Source: a virus. From it: 64,000 bases of DNA. The notes under the pieces were generated by a model, which ran no database searches, had not been told where the DNA came from, and was given only the letters and a program-made list of their open reading frames with translations. Shown piece after piece: positions 28,445 through 38,346 of this stretch. The DNA lies in the IMG/VR virus record IMGVR_UViG_3300034356_001231, positions 1-64,000 of that record; one strand, 5' to 3'. The position numbers were made by a program, and so were the translations under genes. Position 1 is the stretch's first letter; each line of letters begins with the position of its first letter.

Positions 28445-28445
28445 T

Positions 28446-29147
28446 ATGGCAATTATTCGTTTTTCTACCGAAGAAGTGTTCGGTACTGATTCTCAAGAAT
28501 ATGAAATCCTAACAAATGCAGTAGCTAAAGTAGGCGATACACCAGGAGCAATCGTTGAGATTGGCACTCGTCGTGGTGGTTCTGCTAAGTTGATTATTGA
28601 TACGCTTGTCGAGAATGGTAACTCTGATCGTTCTATGTTCTGTATTGATCCTTATGGTAATATTGAAATTGAATGCACCAATCTTAATATGACTATGCAC
28701 AATCCAGACCGCCAAATCGATGGCGATAAGATGTCTAAGGAATTGACATCTCCTCAGCGTTTTGATTATGACAACACCATGCGTAATCGCACTATTCCTT
28801 CTCTGTATTTCTATGCATACCAGGCAGGTCTTAACTTTTCTTTCTTTTGTCTAGAAGATCACGAGTTCTTTAAGCGTTATGCTGATGGTGTTCCTGTTTA
28901 TGACGAGTTTAAAAAGTTAGAAAATGAGTATGCATTTGTTTTCTTTGATGGTCCACATGATAATGAAACGCTACACATTGAATGTGACTTTTTCGTAAAG
29001 AGAGCGCCAGTCGGAGCAGTATACGTATTCGACGATATCTGGATGTATGATCACGATGAGATCGTAGAGAATACTTATCTGTTCCCTAATGGTTTTGAGG
29101 TTCTCGAGAAAAGCAAGATCAAGGCTTCCTACGTCAAGACTAAGTAA
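28446..29147 (+). CDS. Class I SAM-dependent methyltransferase (TylF-like)
   Basis: VEIGTRRGGS, FFDGPH, VFDD. Confidence 0.8.
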   Translation: MAIIRFSTEEVFGTDSQEYEILTNAVAKVGDTPGAIVEIGTRRGGSAKLIIDTLVENGNSDRSMFCIDPYGNIEIECTNLNMTMHNPDRQIDGDKMSKELTSPQRFDYDNTMRNRTIPSLYFYAYQAGLNFSFFCLEDHEFFKRYADGVPVYDEFKKLENEYAFVFFDGPHDNETLHIECDFFVKRAPVGAVYVFDDIWMYDHDEIVENTYLFPNGFEVLEKSKIKASYVKTK

Positions 29148-29164
29148 TATAGATCCTCCAGGAT

Positions 29165-29172
29165 TATAAATA
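29165..29172 (+). promoter_or_regulatory. T4-type late promoter
   Basis: TATAAATA, GGAGG RBS downstream. Confidence 0.8.
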
Positions 29173-29196
29173 ATACATAACAATTCTGGAGGAACC

Positions 29197-29922
29197 ATGC
29201 TAAACTTTGGTAATTATCTATCTGAATTAAAATTGACTCTTCAATATCATGACGAGTTAAATCCTAAGATTTGGAAAACCGAAGATAAGCTAAAACCAGA
29301 AGTTCGACAGGCGCTTCTGAAGTTTGCTTATACTTGGGCAGATTTTGCCAAGATACCAAAGTCAATGATCGATCATGTTATTATGACAGGCGGTAATGCC
29401 AATTATAATTACACTAGCAAATCAGACATTGATGTTCATGTTATGGTTGATCGTTCTAAACTCTTCTCGGATCCTAAATTTGTAGAAGAATATTTACAGG
29501 ACAAAAAATCTTTATGGACTCTTACTCATAATGTAGATGTTTATGGTTATCCTCTTGAACCTTACGCTCAAGATAAGACTCTGAAATATCCCAAGAATCA
29601 AGGAATATACTGTTTAACAAAAGATGAATGGTTACAGAAACCTAGAAAAATTGACTATGATTTCAAAAACGATCATCTTCTGAAACAAAAAGTTTCACAT
29701 TACATGCATGCAATTGATCATATGATCAACACTAAAATGAATGTTGATGCTTTTGAAAATATGAAGTCTCGTTTCAAAAACATGCGTGCTGCTTCTCTGC
29801 AACAATATGGTGAATTTGGTAGAGAGAATCTTCTATTTAAAGAGTTACGTAACCGTGGGTACATAGACAAAATGAATAAATATGAAACATCACTCAAAGA
29901 TAAAGAACTCTCTTTAAAATAG
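29197..29922 (+). CDS. Pol-beta-superfamily nucleotidyltransferase, probably capsid-packaged
   Basis: TGGNANYNY..SDIDVH; N-terminal MLNFGNYLSE leader; own late promoter. Confidence 0.7.
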   Translation: MLNFGNYLSELKLTLQYHDELNPKIWKTEDKLKPEVRQALLKFAYTWADFAKIPKSMIDHVIMTGGNANYNYTSKSDIDVHVMVDRSKLFSDPKFVEEYLQDKKSLWTLTHNVDVYGYPLEPYAQDKTLKYPKNQGIYCLTKDEWLQKPRKIDYDFKNDHLLKQKVSHYMHAIDHMINTKMNVDAFENMKSRFKNMRAASLQQYGEFGRENLLFKELRNRGYIDKMNKYETSLKDKELSLK

Positions 29923-30087
29923 AGCTTTTCTTTTTCTTAAATGTAGTCTATAATAGAGTGTCTTAAATGGAGGTTGTTATGACAATGAGCAGCGAACTAG
30001 AATTTATGGTTGAAACAGATATGATTGAACGGGGATATAATCCTTATAACCCAGAAGAAGTCAATATGTATTGGGAGAGCTATTTCA

Positions 30088-30363
30088 ATGGCCATTGAAA
30101 TCTACTCAAAGAACAATTGTTCTTTTTGCGAACAAACTAAAAAAATCCTAAAAATTCATGGTAAAGAATATGTCGAATATAAACTCGACGAAGACTTTAC
30201 ACGCGAGATCCTTCTTTCAAAATTTCCGGAAGCCAAGACATTTCCGGTTATTGTTGTCGATGGTTTTAATATTGGAGGATTCGAACAACTGAAGAAATAT
30301 CTCACAGAAGAAACTTCTGACAACAGAAAGATTCTATTAGAAACCAATTATTATGGAGCTTGA
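30088..30363 (+). CDS. nrdC: Glutaredoxin
   Basis: CSFC, TFP, IGGF. Confidence 0.9.
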   Translation: MAIEIYSKNNCSFCEQTKKILKIHGKEYVEYKLDEDFTREILLSKFPEAKTFPVIVVDGFNIGGFEQLKKYLTEETSDNRKILLETNYYGA

Positions 30364-30647
30364 TTGTGGTTAAGTACGTAAGAGACACCTTATTGCAAGA
30401 ACTTCGTAAGAATGTCATGGCTGTTCATTTTACTAAAGTGAATGGTGAAAAGCGTGAAATGCGTTGCACTCTTATGCCAGAACTTCTTCCGCCAAATTAC
30501 GTTACCGAACAATCAGAAGAAAAAGATTTTCATGGCAAGAACCCAGATGTTCTTGCAGTATGGGATGTGATGAAGGGAGGCTGGCGTTCATTTCGCATTG
30601 ACTCCATTGAGTATGTTGAAATGTTAGATCCATATCAATATATGTAG
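30360..30647 (+). CDS. WYL-like SH3 beta-barrel protein
   Basis: FTKVNGE.R.M.CTL, VWD....WRSFR. Confidence 0.75.
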   Translation: MIVVKYVRDTLLQELRKNVMAVHFTKVNGEKREMRCTLMPELLPPNYVTEQSEEKDFHGKNPDVLAVWDVMKGGWRSFRIDSIEYVEMLDPYQYM

Positions 30648-30656
30648 GAGAAACTA

Positions 30657-31019
30657 ATGAACGAAAAGACTTATTGGGGGCATCATCTTATAATTAATGC
30701 AGGTGAATGTAACCATCAAACAATCACAGATTACAATACGATTTATCAGTTTGCCAAACAGTTGGTAGAGCAGATTGATATGGTCGCATATGGCGAACCA
30801 CAGATTGTTAAGTTTGGGCACGGAGATAAGCAAGGTTATACCTTAGTTCAGCTTATTGAAACTAGTAATATTTGTGCACATTTTGTCGACGAAACTAATG
30901 ATGCCTACATTGATGTCTTTTCTTGTAAGCCATTTGATGAAAAGGTTGTTATCAATCTAGTTAGAACATTCTTTGAAGCAAAGAAATTCGATACGATGTT
31001 TATTGACAGACAAGCGTGA
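30657..31019 (+). CDS. speD: S-adenosylmethionine decarboxylase proenzyme
   Basis: G.HL, LIETSNI.AH, DVFSCK.F. Confidence 0.8.
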   Translation: MNEKTYWGHHLIINAGECNHQTITDYNTIYQFAKQLVEQIDMVAYGEPQIVKFGHGDKQGYTLVQLIETSNICAHFVDETNDAYIDVFSCKPFDEKVVINLVRTFFEAKKFDTMFIDRQA

Positions 31020-31026
31020 GGATTAT

Positions 31027-31860
31027 ATGGTCGATATGATTTGGTCTGATTTCGATCCGGAATCAGAATATTCAATTAAGCAACGTGAAGCTAAAGCAAT
31101 AAATGGGCCAGATTATTGGCCAACTATGCGGGAAGTGTTCAAGCATGATTGTGCTACACTCCCGCTCAATCGTTTTAGATTGTGGGCTTCGTGTCACAAT
31201 GTTCCTTTTATTACACAGTATAGAACTTCTCGTTTTGTAGGCGAAGCATTCTATCATGCTGCTCGTGATGCAGAAATCGCAGAAGCTCTTGAAGAAAATT
31301 GGATTGGCGCTCCTGAACATATTCGTCCAGCCCTTAAAGTTACCTCTGACTTCGACACTTCTATGCAGCGTATTCAAGATATAGCTCATTTGTGTATTAC
31401 TGGATTTGCGAAGAAACTGAAAGACATGGAATCAATCGTTGAGATTGGTGCAGGTTATGGAGACATGTGTTCAGTTGTTCATGCTTTAGGATTCAAAGGT
31501 AAGTATACCATTGTTGATATTCCAGAGACTCAACCTATTCAGGCGCACTATCTTGGTAAGCAAGGTATAACTCCGGAGTGGTCATTCGAAGACGATAATG
31601 TAACACATTCTGATCTTGTTATTGCTACTTGGTCGTTGTCAGAAACACCAGTAGAATATCGTAATGTATTAATGCCAAAGATTGACAAATCTAAAAATTG
31701 GCTTATACTAGCACAGTCAGAAGTATTTGGTTTGAAAGTTAATGACGATTACTTCAACAATTTCTTCCTAGATAAGGAAGTGGAAAAGATTCCGTTGATC
31801 AGTAATGGTCTTGACGTTTGGGATGGAGGAAATATGTATTATGTTGTACGGAGCGAATAA
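31027..31860 (+). CDS. Putative sugar O-methyltransferase
   Basis: VEIGAGYG, IVDIPE, ATWSLSE. Confidence 0.7.
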   Translation: MVDMIWSDFDPESEYSIKQREAKAINGPDYWPTMREVFKHDCATLPLNRFRLWASCHNVPFITQYRTSRFVGEAFYHAARDAEIAEALEENWIGAPEHIRPALKVTSDFDTSMQRIQDIAHLCITGFAKKLKDMESIVEIGAGYGDMCSVVHALGFKGKYTIVDIPETQPIQAHYLGKQGITPEWSFEDDNVTHSDLVIATWSLSETPVEYRNVLMPKIDKSKNWLILAQSEVFGLKVNDDYFNNFFLDKEVEKIPLISNGLDVWDGGNMYYVVRSE

Positions 31861-32335
31861 AACGTTTTATCCTTCCACTGCCGAACCATGTTATAATACC
31901 GCTGAAAAGTGGAAACCAAACATTGGTATTACATTCGGTGCGTTCGATCTTCTGCATGCTGGACATACAACTATGTTACAGCAGTGTAAAAATCAGTGCG
32001 ATCAGCTGATTGTCGGTCTTCAGTCTGACCCTACAATTGATCGTCCAGATACAAAGAATAAACCAATTCAATCTTTATTTGAAAGATACGCGCAGCTTGA
32101 TGCATGTCGTTGGGTTGATGCCATCATTCCATATGATTCAGAAAACGATTTATTAAATATACTAAGTATTGCTGATGTAAGAAAAAGGTTTATAGGTGAA
32201 GAATACAGAGGCCAATATATTCATGGTTCTGATATTTGCGCCGCAAGAAATATAGAAATTATTTTTATTGATCGTCAACATGGATTTTCTTCTAGCGAAT
32301 TGAGAAGGCGAGTTGCTAATGAGTCACACAGATAA
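31841..32335 (+). CDS. HxGH cytidylyl/adenylyltransferase (TagD/RfaE-II-like)
   Basis: GAFDLLHAGH, KNKP, FSSSELR. Confidence 0.85.
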   Translation: MLYGANKTFYPSTAEPCYNTAEKWKPNIGITFGAFDLLHAGHTTMLQQCKNQCDQLIVGLQSDPTIDRPDTKNKPIQSLFERYAQLDACRWVDAIIPYDSENDLLNILSIADVRKRFIGEEYRGQYIHGSDICAARNIEIIFIDRQHGFSSSELRRRVANESHR

Positions 32336-32903
32336 TTATTTTAATGAAGTTGTTACAATTGCTCAAACTATCGATACAGTCAAGATTGACATATTGGCAC
32401 AGAAACTTCGCGATGTTCGTGAAAATAATGGCCGTGTATTTGTTCTTGGCGTTGGTGGTAGTGCTGGTAACGCTTCCCATATGGTCAACGATCTTAGAAA
32501 GCTATGTGGTATCCAGGCATATTGTCCTACCGACAACGTTCCGGAACTCACAGCACGAACTAATGATGAAGGATTCGACACAGTCTTCGAAGAGTATCTA
32601 AAGGTAAGTAGACTTAGTCCTTTTGATGCTATCTTTATTTTATCAGTTGGTGGTGGCAACAAAGAAAAGAACGTATCAGTTGGTCTAATCAATGCTATTG
32701 ATCTTGCTGATGCTATTGGCGCTAACATTTTTGGTATAGTTGGCAAGAATGATGGCTATACTTATAAAATGGGCGATTGTGTTGTATGTGTACCTGCTGT
32801 TGATAATACACGTGTAACTCCTCACTCAGAAGCATTCCAGGGCGTAGTCTGGCATTGCTTAGTTTCTAATCCAATCTTACAGAAGAATGCAACAAAATGG
32901 TAA
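32319..32903 (+). CDS. gmhA: Sedoheptulose-7-phosphate isomerase (SIS)
   Basis: G.GGSAGNASH, LTARTND. Confidence 0.85.
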   Translation: MSHTDNYFNEVVTIAQTIDTVKIDILAQKLRDVRENNGRVFVLGVGGSAGNASHMVNDLRKLCGIQAYCPTDNVPELTARTNDEGFDTVFEEYLKVSRLSPFDAIFILSVGGGNKEKNVSVGLINAIDLADAIGANIFGIVGKNDGYTYKMGDCVVCVPAVDNTRVTPHSEAFQGVVWHCLVSNPILQKNATKW

Positions 32904-33439
32904 AAGCGATATTTCTAGATCGTGATGGCACGATCAATGAACTTGTTCATGGCAGAGAAAACCCAAAGCACGTTTGCCCTTGGTATTTTGCAGAGTTCAA
33001 TTATATTGACGGTATAGAAGAAGCGATTAAAGGGTTTAGAGCTCTTGGCTTTTCTCTTCATGTTGTAACCAATCAGCCGGATGTTGATGATGGTTATACT
33101 ACTGAAGATACTATGAACGCTATTCATAATTGTATCAAAGCAGATTTAAAAGTGGATACAATTCAGGCAGCAAGAACACGTGGCACTGAAGAGTATAAAC
33201 CTAATCCTGGTATGCTTAATAATATCATTAAAGAGTGGCATGTTTCAAAGGAACGTAGCTGGATGATTGGCGATACTTGGCGAGACGTAGTAGCAGGTAA
33301 TAGGGCTGGCGTTAAGACTATATACCTTGGTGATATATATTCTGCTCCTGAAGAATGGTTGCATATTAAGCCAGACTTCTATGCTAAGAATCTTCTAGAA
33401 GCAGTTAACATTATTCAACAGAATGTAGGTGGACAATGA
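32897..33439 (+). CDS. gmhB: Heptose-1,7-bisphosphate phosphatase (HAD)
   Basis: FLDRDGTIN, VTNQ, KP.PGML, MIGD. Confidence 0.85.
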   Translation: MVKAIFLDRDGTINELVHGRENPKHVCPWYFAEFNYIDGIEEAIKGFRALGFSLHVVTNQPDVDDGYTTEDTMNAIHNCIKADLKVDTIQAARTRGTEEYKPNPGMLNNIIKEWHVSKERSWMIGDTWRDVVAGNRAGVKTIYLGDIYSAPEEWLHIKPDFYAKNLLEAVNIIQQNVGGQ

Positions 33440-34176
33440 TTGAGATTTATGCTGATGGCGCAGACTTTGATGGTATTCTAAAGGCTGCTGAGAATCCAAG
33501 GGTTACAGGATTCACTACTAATCCAACGCTAATGAAGCAAGCTGGCGTTACTGATTATGAGAATTTTGCTAAAGATATTATTAAAGAATTATCAGTTCGT
33601 CGTCCAGGAACTAATATCTCTCTAGAAGTATTTGCTGATGATGTAAATGGAATGTATGATCAGGCAAAGAAGATTGCTTCATGGGGCGAAGAATATGGAT
33701 ACGATGTGTTTGTTAAAATCCCTGTTACAAACACAAAGGGTGAAAATAATTATGGTTTGATTCGTTTGCTAAACAGTGAAGGTGTAAAGGTAAATGTTAC
33801 AGCTGTCTTTACTGTCAATCAGACACGTAACATTCTAGATAATATTACTAATCCAGATGTACCCGTTATCATTTCTATTTTCTCTGGACGTATCGCTGAT
33901 ACACTTCGCGATCCAGTTTTGTGGACAAAACATTGTGTTGGCGAAGCTATGGACAAGCCAGAAGAATTTGATAAGATTAAGTTCCTTTGGGCTTCGTGTC
34001 GCGAACAGTATCATCTTGTGATGGCTGAACAAGCAGGTTGTAATATTATTACTATGCTTCACGATCAGATCAAGAAGCTAAGTCTAGCTAATAAAGATCT
34101 AGATGTATTCTCTAAAGAAACTGTTCAAATGTTTTATAATGATGCTGTTGCATCCGGATATAGGATTGAAGTATAA
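33436..34176 (+). CDS. tal: Transaldolase-family protein
   Basis: GFTTNPTL, VKIP, NVTAVF, GRIAD, LWAS.RE. Confidence 0.9.
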   Translation: MIEIYADGADFDGILKAAENPRVTGFTTNPTLMKQAGVTDYENFAKDIIKELSVRRPGTNISLEVFADDVNGMYDQAKKIASWGEEYGYDVFVKIPVTNTKGENNYGLIRLLNSEGVKVNVTAVFTVNQTRNILDNITNPDVPVIISIFSGRIADTLRDPVLWTKHCVGEAMDKPEEFDKIKFLWASCREQYHLVMAEQAGCNIITMLHDQIKKLSLANKDLDVFSKETVQMFYNDAVASGYRIEV

Positions 34177-35180
34177 TGAAGGGATTTGAAGAAAACGAAA
34201 TTTCAGCTAAAGCTCAAGGCGGTACAGAAATTGCTAAACGTAAGTTGGCATCAATTATTGACGAAAAGCTGCTTGATAATTTCCAGATTGTTTGTTCACG
34301 TCCGAGAGAATTAGACGAATCTAAGATTCGAATTTTTTGGTGTCATGATATGCCAGAAGATCCAGAGTCTGCTAAGTTCAGAGATACAGAATGGCGTGAC
34401 AAGTTTCACAAATTTGTATTCATTTCTAACTGGCAGTTTCAGCGCTACCAGGGAATGCACGGCATTCCCATGGACAGTAAGTGTATTATTCTAGAGTCTG
34501 GTATTGAACCAGCACCAGAGTCATGCCTAGAAAAGTCATATGATGATAAGATTAGATTGGTTTATACATCTACACCACAACGTGGTCTAGAGATTCTTGT
34601 TCCTGTATTTGAATTTCTAAATCAAACACAGGATGACATTCATCTAGATGTATTCTCTTCTTTTAAGATTTATGGATGGGACGAATACGATAAACAGTTC
34701 GAACCATTATACGAACAGGTTCGTAATAATCCAAACATGACTTATCATGGATTTGTTCCTAACGCAGAACTAAAAGAATATCTAAACAAGTCTCATATAT
34801 TTGCTTATCCTTCTATTTGGCCAGAGACTAGCTGTCGTGCTATGCTAGAAGCAATGTCAGCAGGACTTGTTTGTGTTCATCCAAATCTTGGCGCTCTACC
34901 AGAAACTTCTGGTGCATTGAATGTTATGTACCAAATTGATATGGACAAAAATATGCACGGTAGTATTTTTGCCGGTAATCTCAATGCAGCTATAGAGTTA
35001 GTTCGGCAGAAAAATCAAGACAATATGATTAGATTCAATAAAACATATGTTGATTCTAGATATAATATTGATTTCATCAAAAGCAAATGGGAATTTATGT
35101 TAAAAGATCTTGTCAAGAGATATCCTGATGAAGATTCAAGAAAGTTTCCTGAAGCTATGTTTACTTATAAGACGAGCTAA
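34176..35180 (+). CDS. Glycosyltransferase, GT4-like (GT-B)
   Basis: GGTE, YTSTPQRGL, YPS.W.ET.C...LEAM.AG. Confidence 0.85.
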   Translation: MKGFEENEISAKAQGGTEIAKRKLASIIDEKLLDNFQIVCSRPRELDESKIRIFWCHDMPEDPESAKFRDTEWRDKFHKFVFISNWQFQRYQGMHGIPMDSKCIILESGIEPAPESCLEKSYDDKIRLVYTSTPQRGLEILVPVFEFLNQTQDDIHLDVFSSFKIYGWDEYDKQFEPLYEQVRNNPNMTYHGFVPNAELKEYLNKSHIFAYPSIWPETSCRAMLEAMSAGLVCVHPNLGALPETSGALNVMYQIDMDKNMHGSIFAGNLNAAIELVRQKNQDNMIRFNKTYVDSRYNIDFIKSKWEFMLKDLVKRYPDEDSRKFPEAMFTYKTS

Positions 35181-35184
35181 CAAA

Positions 35185-36174
35185 ATGATCTTAACAAAGA
35201 CTCCTCTACGTGTATCCTTCTTTAGTGGAGGAAGTGATATGCCATCCTTCTACGAGCAGGAGGATGGCGCTGCTCTTTCTGTTACTATTGACAAATTCAT
35301 TTATGTCTTTGCTCACAAAGTCCCACATATGGGTGTACGTTGTATGTATGATGACGTTGAAGAGCAACATGATATTGAACAAATGCAGCATGCTATTACT
35401 CGTGAGACACTCAAGTATTATAATGTCACAAAGGAACTAACAGTTGCATCCATTTCAGATATTGTCACTAAGGGTTCTGGGCTCGGTTCTTCTTCTGCTT
35501 TTACTGTGGGTTTGGTAAAGGCTCTTTCTTGCACCAAATATGATAATAGCACACGTAAGTACGTTGCTGACATTGCATGTCAGATAGAAATGGATAAGTG
35601 CGGCTATCCTGTTGGTAAGCAAGATCAGTATGCTGCTGCATTTGGTGGAATGAATCTATTTCGTTTCAGAAAAAATGGTGAAGTAGAAGTAGAAGAACTA
35701 CGTTTAACTAATCCTAATGTCGAGGCTCTCGAGAAAAATCTAATGCTTGTTTACTCTGGTAGAAGTAGAAATGCTAATAACATTCTACAAAAGCAGCAAA
35801 AAGCAATGATGGATAATGATAAATTTAACAAGGTCAAACGCTCTAAAGATAAAGCGTTCGAAGGTATGGATCTAATCCTCAAAGGAAAGATCGATGACTT
35901 CGGTAGACTACTACACGAATCTTGGTTAGATAAAAAAGGTGTTTGCGAAGAGATCACCCAAGATTATTTCGATAATGTTTATCAAACAGCGATCGAAGCC
36001 GGAGCTCTTGGTGGTAAACTACTGGGTGCTGGTGGTGGAGGATTTTTTATTTTCTACGTGCCAGAAAAATATAGAACATCTGTAGAGGGCGCTATCTCTA
36101 ATTTTCATAAAGAATGCAAAATCTATGATTTCGAATTTTATGGATCCGGTTCTCATATGGTCTACCAGAACTAA
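35185..36174 (+). CDS. hddA: GHMP kinase, D-glycero-alpha-D-manno-heptose-7-phosphate kinase-like
   Basis: TPLRVSF..GGSD, GSGLGSS, GKQDQYAA.FGG, GGKLLGAGGGG. Confidence 0.85.
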   Translation: MILTKTPLRVSFFSGGSDMPSFYEQEDGAALSVTIDKFIYVFAHKVPHMGVRCMYDDVEEQHDIEQMQHAITRETLKYYNVTKELTVASISDIVTKGSGLGSSSAFTVGLVKALSCTKYDNSTRKYVADIACQIEMDKCGYPVGKQDQYAAAFGGMNLFRFRKNGEVEVEELRLTNPNVEALEKNLMLVYSGRSRNANNILQKQQKAMMDNDKFNKVKRSKDKAFEGMDLILKGKIDDFGRLLHESWLDKKGVCEEITQDYFDNVYQTAIEAGALGGKLLGAGGGGFFIFYVPEKYRTSVEGAISNFHKECKIYDFEFYGSGSHMVYQN

Positions 36175-36180
36175 ATACTA

Positions 36181-36209
36181 TTGACTTTTTATATTTTATA
36201 AGGTATAAT
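36181..36209 (+). promoter_or_regulatory. Sigma70-like early promoter
   Basis: TTGACT-N17-TATAAT. Confidence 0.7.
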
Positions 36210-36215
36210 GTAACT

Positions 36216-36605
36216 ATGAATTCGAATAATGTAGTGAGCTTTCCAAAAGGTAAGACTGTTAGTCGGGATATCACTCTAGAAGATATCCAGCAAAATATGG
36301 ATATGATGAGGCATTATCATATCCAAGAAACAATCCAAAACTTAGTACCTATGATTTTCAATCAATTAGATATAGCTGGTTTTGGATTGATTGAAGATGA
36401 TGTAGACGTAGATATAAAGGATGGCGCTCTTATAGTCGAAGCATTACGTTCATTAATGCTAAAACACTATGATATGCACCATCCTTTTCAGCAAGTATCA
36501 GATGCAATCTTTGTACCTCATCCTAAAGAAGAAGGTGCGTTTAAGATTGTAGATAAGATAGAACTAGAACTACTACCAATTAGCGAAACTGAAGAAACCG
36601 AATAG
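36216..36605 (+). CDS. Conserved hypothetical protein
   Basis: NVVSFP start, HPFQ motif. Confidence 0.6.
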   Translation: MNSNNVVSFPKGKTVSRDITLEDIQQNMDMMRHYHIQETIQNLVPMIFNQLDIAGFGLIEDDVDVDIKDGALIVEALRSLMLKHYDMHHPFQQVSDAIFVPHPKEEGAFKIVDKIELELLPISETEETE

Positions 36606-36612
36606 GTGAATT

Positions 36613-37470
36613 GTGATTATCGTTGACTTGAATCAGGTGATGTTGTCAAATTTGTTGATGCAACTTGGCAACCATACCAACGCACAGCTTGAAGAAAATA
36701 TGGTTCGCCATATGATCCTAAACTCTTTACGATCATACAAAGTAAAATTTGGCGATGAGTATGGTGAAATGGTTATTGCTTGTGACAACACTAACTATTG
36801 GCGTAAGCAAATCTTTCCTTATTATAAGGCTAATCGTAAGAAGAATATTGAATCTTCCGAACTTGATTGGAAGGCTCTGTTCGAATGCCTTAATAAGATT
36901 CGTGCAGAACTAAAAGAGTATTTTCCCTATAGAGTAATTGATGTTGAGTCAGCAGAAGCTGATGACATTATTTCCACACTTGTTTCTAAGTTCGGCTCAG
37001 AACTAAATACTGGTGAAAAAATTCTAATTCTTTCAGGCGATAAAGACTTCATTCAATTGCACGTATATCCTAACGTAAAACAGTATGATCCTACTCGTAA
37101 GAAGTGGGTTTCTCATGAGGATCCAGAGAGATATCTTCATGAACATATTCTAAAGGGAGATGCCGGAGATGGTGTACCTAATGTGCTTTCTCCTGATAAT
37201 GTTTTTGTTGTGGGTGATCGACAAAGACCCCTGACAGCAAAAAAGATGGAAAAGATCATGGGCACTGATCTTGAAGATATGGACACAGTTACCGCCCGTA
37301 ACTATTCTCGTAATGTGAGATTGATCGATCTCAGTTTTACTCCAGATCATATCCGCCAAAAGGTTATGGAACAATATGAAGCGCAAGCAAATCGTGATCG
37401 TAGCAAACTACTAAATTATTTTATAGCAAACAAACTCAAAAACCTTACTGAACATTTGAGTGAATTTTAG
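36613..37470 (+). CDS. rnh: T4-type RNase H (5'-3' exonuclease)
   Basis: YKANR, EADD, SGDKDFIQL, GDAGDGVPN. Confidence 0.95.
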   Translation: MIIVDLNQVMLSNLLMQLGNHTNAQLEENMVRHMILNSLRSYKVKFGDEYGEMVIACDNTNYWRKQIFPYYKANRKKNIESSELDWKALFECLNKIRAELKEYFPYRVIDVESAEADDIISTLVSKFGSELNTGEKILILSGDKDFIQLHVYPNVKQYDPTRKKWVSHEDPERYLHEHILKGDAGDGVPNVLSPDNVFVVGDRQRPLTAKKMEKIMGTDLEDMDTVTARNYSRNVRLIDLSFTPDHIRQKVMEQYEAQANRDRSKLLNYFIANKLKNLTEHLSEF

Positions 37471-37479
37471 GAGATAATA

Positions 37480-37899
37480 ATGGCTGTCCTTGGGATGTAT
37501 GAATTTTTACACAAGGTTTCTAAACTAAAAAAGACGCAGGAAAAAGTTGATAATCTGAAGGGTAATGATACTATGGCTTTGCGGATTGTTCTGCAGGCTG
37601 TGTTCGATCCAAATGTCAAGTTCCTCTTACCAGAAGGCGAACCACCTTATAGGCCAAATGAAATCGTAGATCAGCAGCATGTGTTCCACAGAGAAGCTGA
37701 TAAAATTAGATATTTCGTCGAAGGATTCTATCCCAATCTCAATCAAATGAAACGTGAAGCAATGTTCGTAGAGTTTCTAGAGAGACTAGATCCCGACGAT
37801 GCGAAACTTGTCCTAGCAATGAAGGATAAGAAGATGCCATTTCCCGGCATCACTGTTCAACACGTCAAAGAAGCACTACCAGGGTTAATCGCAGAATGA
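37480..37899 (+). CDS. Conserved T4-like hypothetical protein
   Basis: LPEGEPPY, KRE.MF..LE.L. Confidence 0.7.
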   Translation: MAVLGMYEFLHKVSKLKKTQEKVDNLKGNDTMALRIVLQAVFDPNVKFLLPEGEPPYRPNEIVDQQHVFHREADKIRYFVEGFYPNLNQMKREAMFVEFLERLDPDDAKLVLAMKDKKMPFPGITVQHVKEALPGLIAE

Positions 37900-38096
37900 G
37901 CAAGTCAGCACTAAAGAAGTTTAAGAAGAACGATTATTCAGATCACGAAGAATTTCACGACGATCCTCGTGAACGTGAGAACAAACGTAAGGCCAAACGA
38001 GTTGAACGTGCCTTACGTACAAAAGATATCTCTGCTCTAATCGAAGACGATGAAGATTTTATTGACGATATCTCTCAAGATATTTGGAGAGATTGA
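37896..38096 (+). CDS. Small charged hypothetical protein
   Basis: Coupled ORF. Confidence 0.5.
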   Translation: MSKSALKKFKKNDYSDHEEFHDDPRERENKRKAKRVERALRTKDISALIEDDEDFIDDISQDIWRD

Positions 38097-38338
38097 TGCC
38101 AACGTATAAGTTTTTAAATAATGAAACTGGCGAAGAGTATGAAAACTTTATGTCGATATCGGAACTTGATGCATACTTGCAAGAAAATCCACATATCACT
38201 CAACTCGTAAATGGCGCTCCTATGATCCATTCTGGCAGAGGCATGGGCAAACCTGATCAGGGTTTCCGTGATCTGCTTAAACATATGAAGAAGGGAAATA
38301 ATAAAGGTATTACGAGGAGCACTATCAACACATTCTAA
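38096..38338 (+). CDS. FmdB-like small protein
   Basis: MPTY.F...TGE, GF.D.L; usual position before phoH. Confidence 0.65.
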   Translation: MPTYKFLNNETGEEYENFMSISELDAYLQENPHITQLVNGAPMIHSGRGMGKPDQGFRDLLKHMKKGNNKGITRSTINTF

Positions 38339-38346
38339 GGGGTAAA

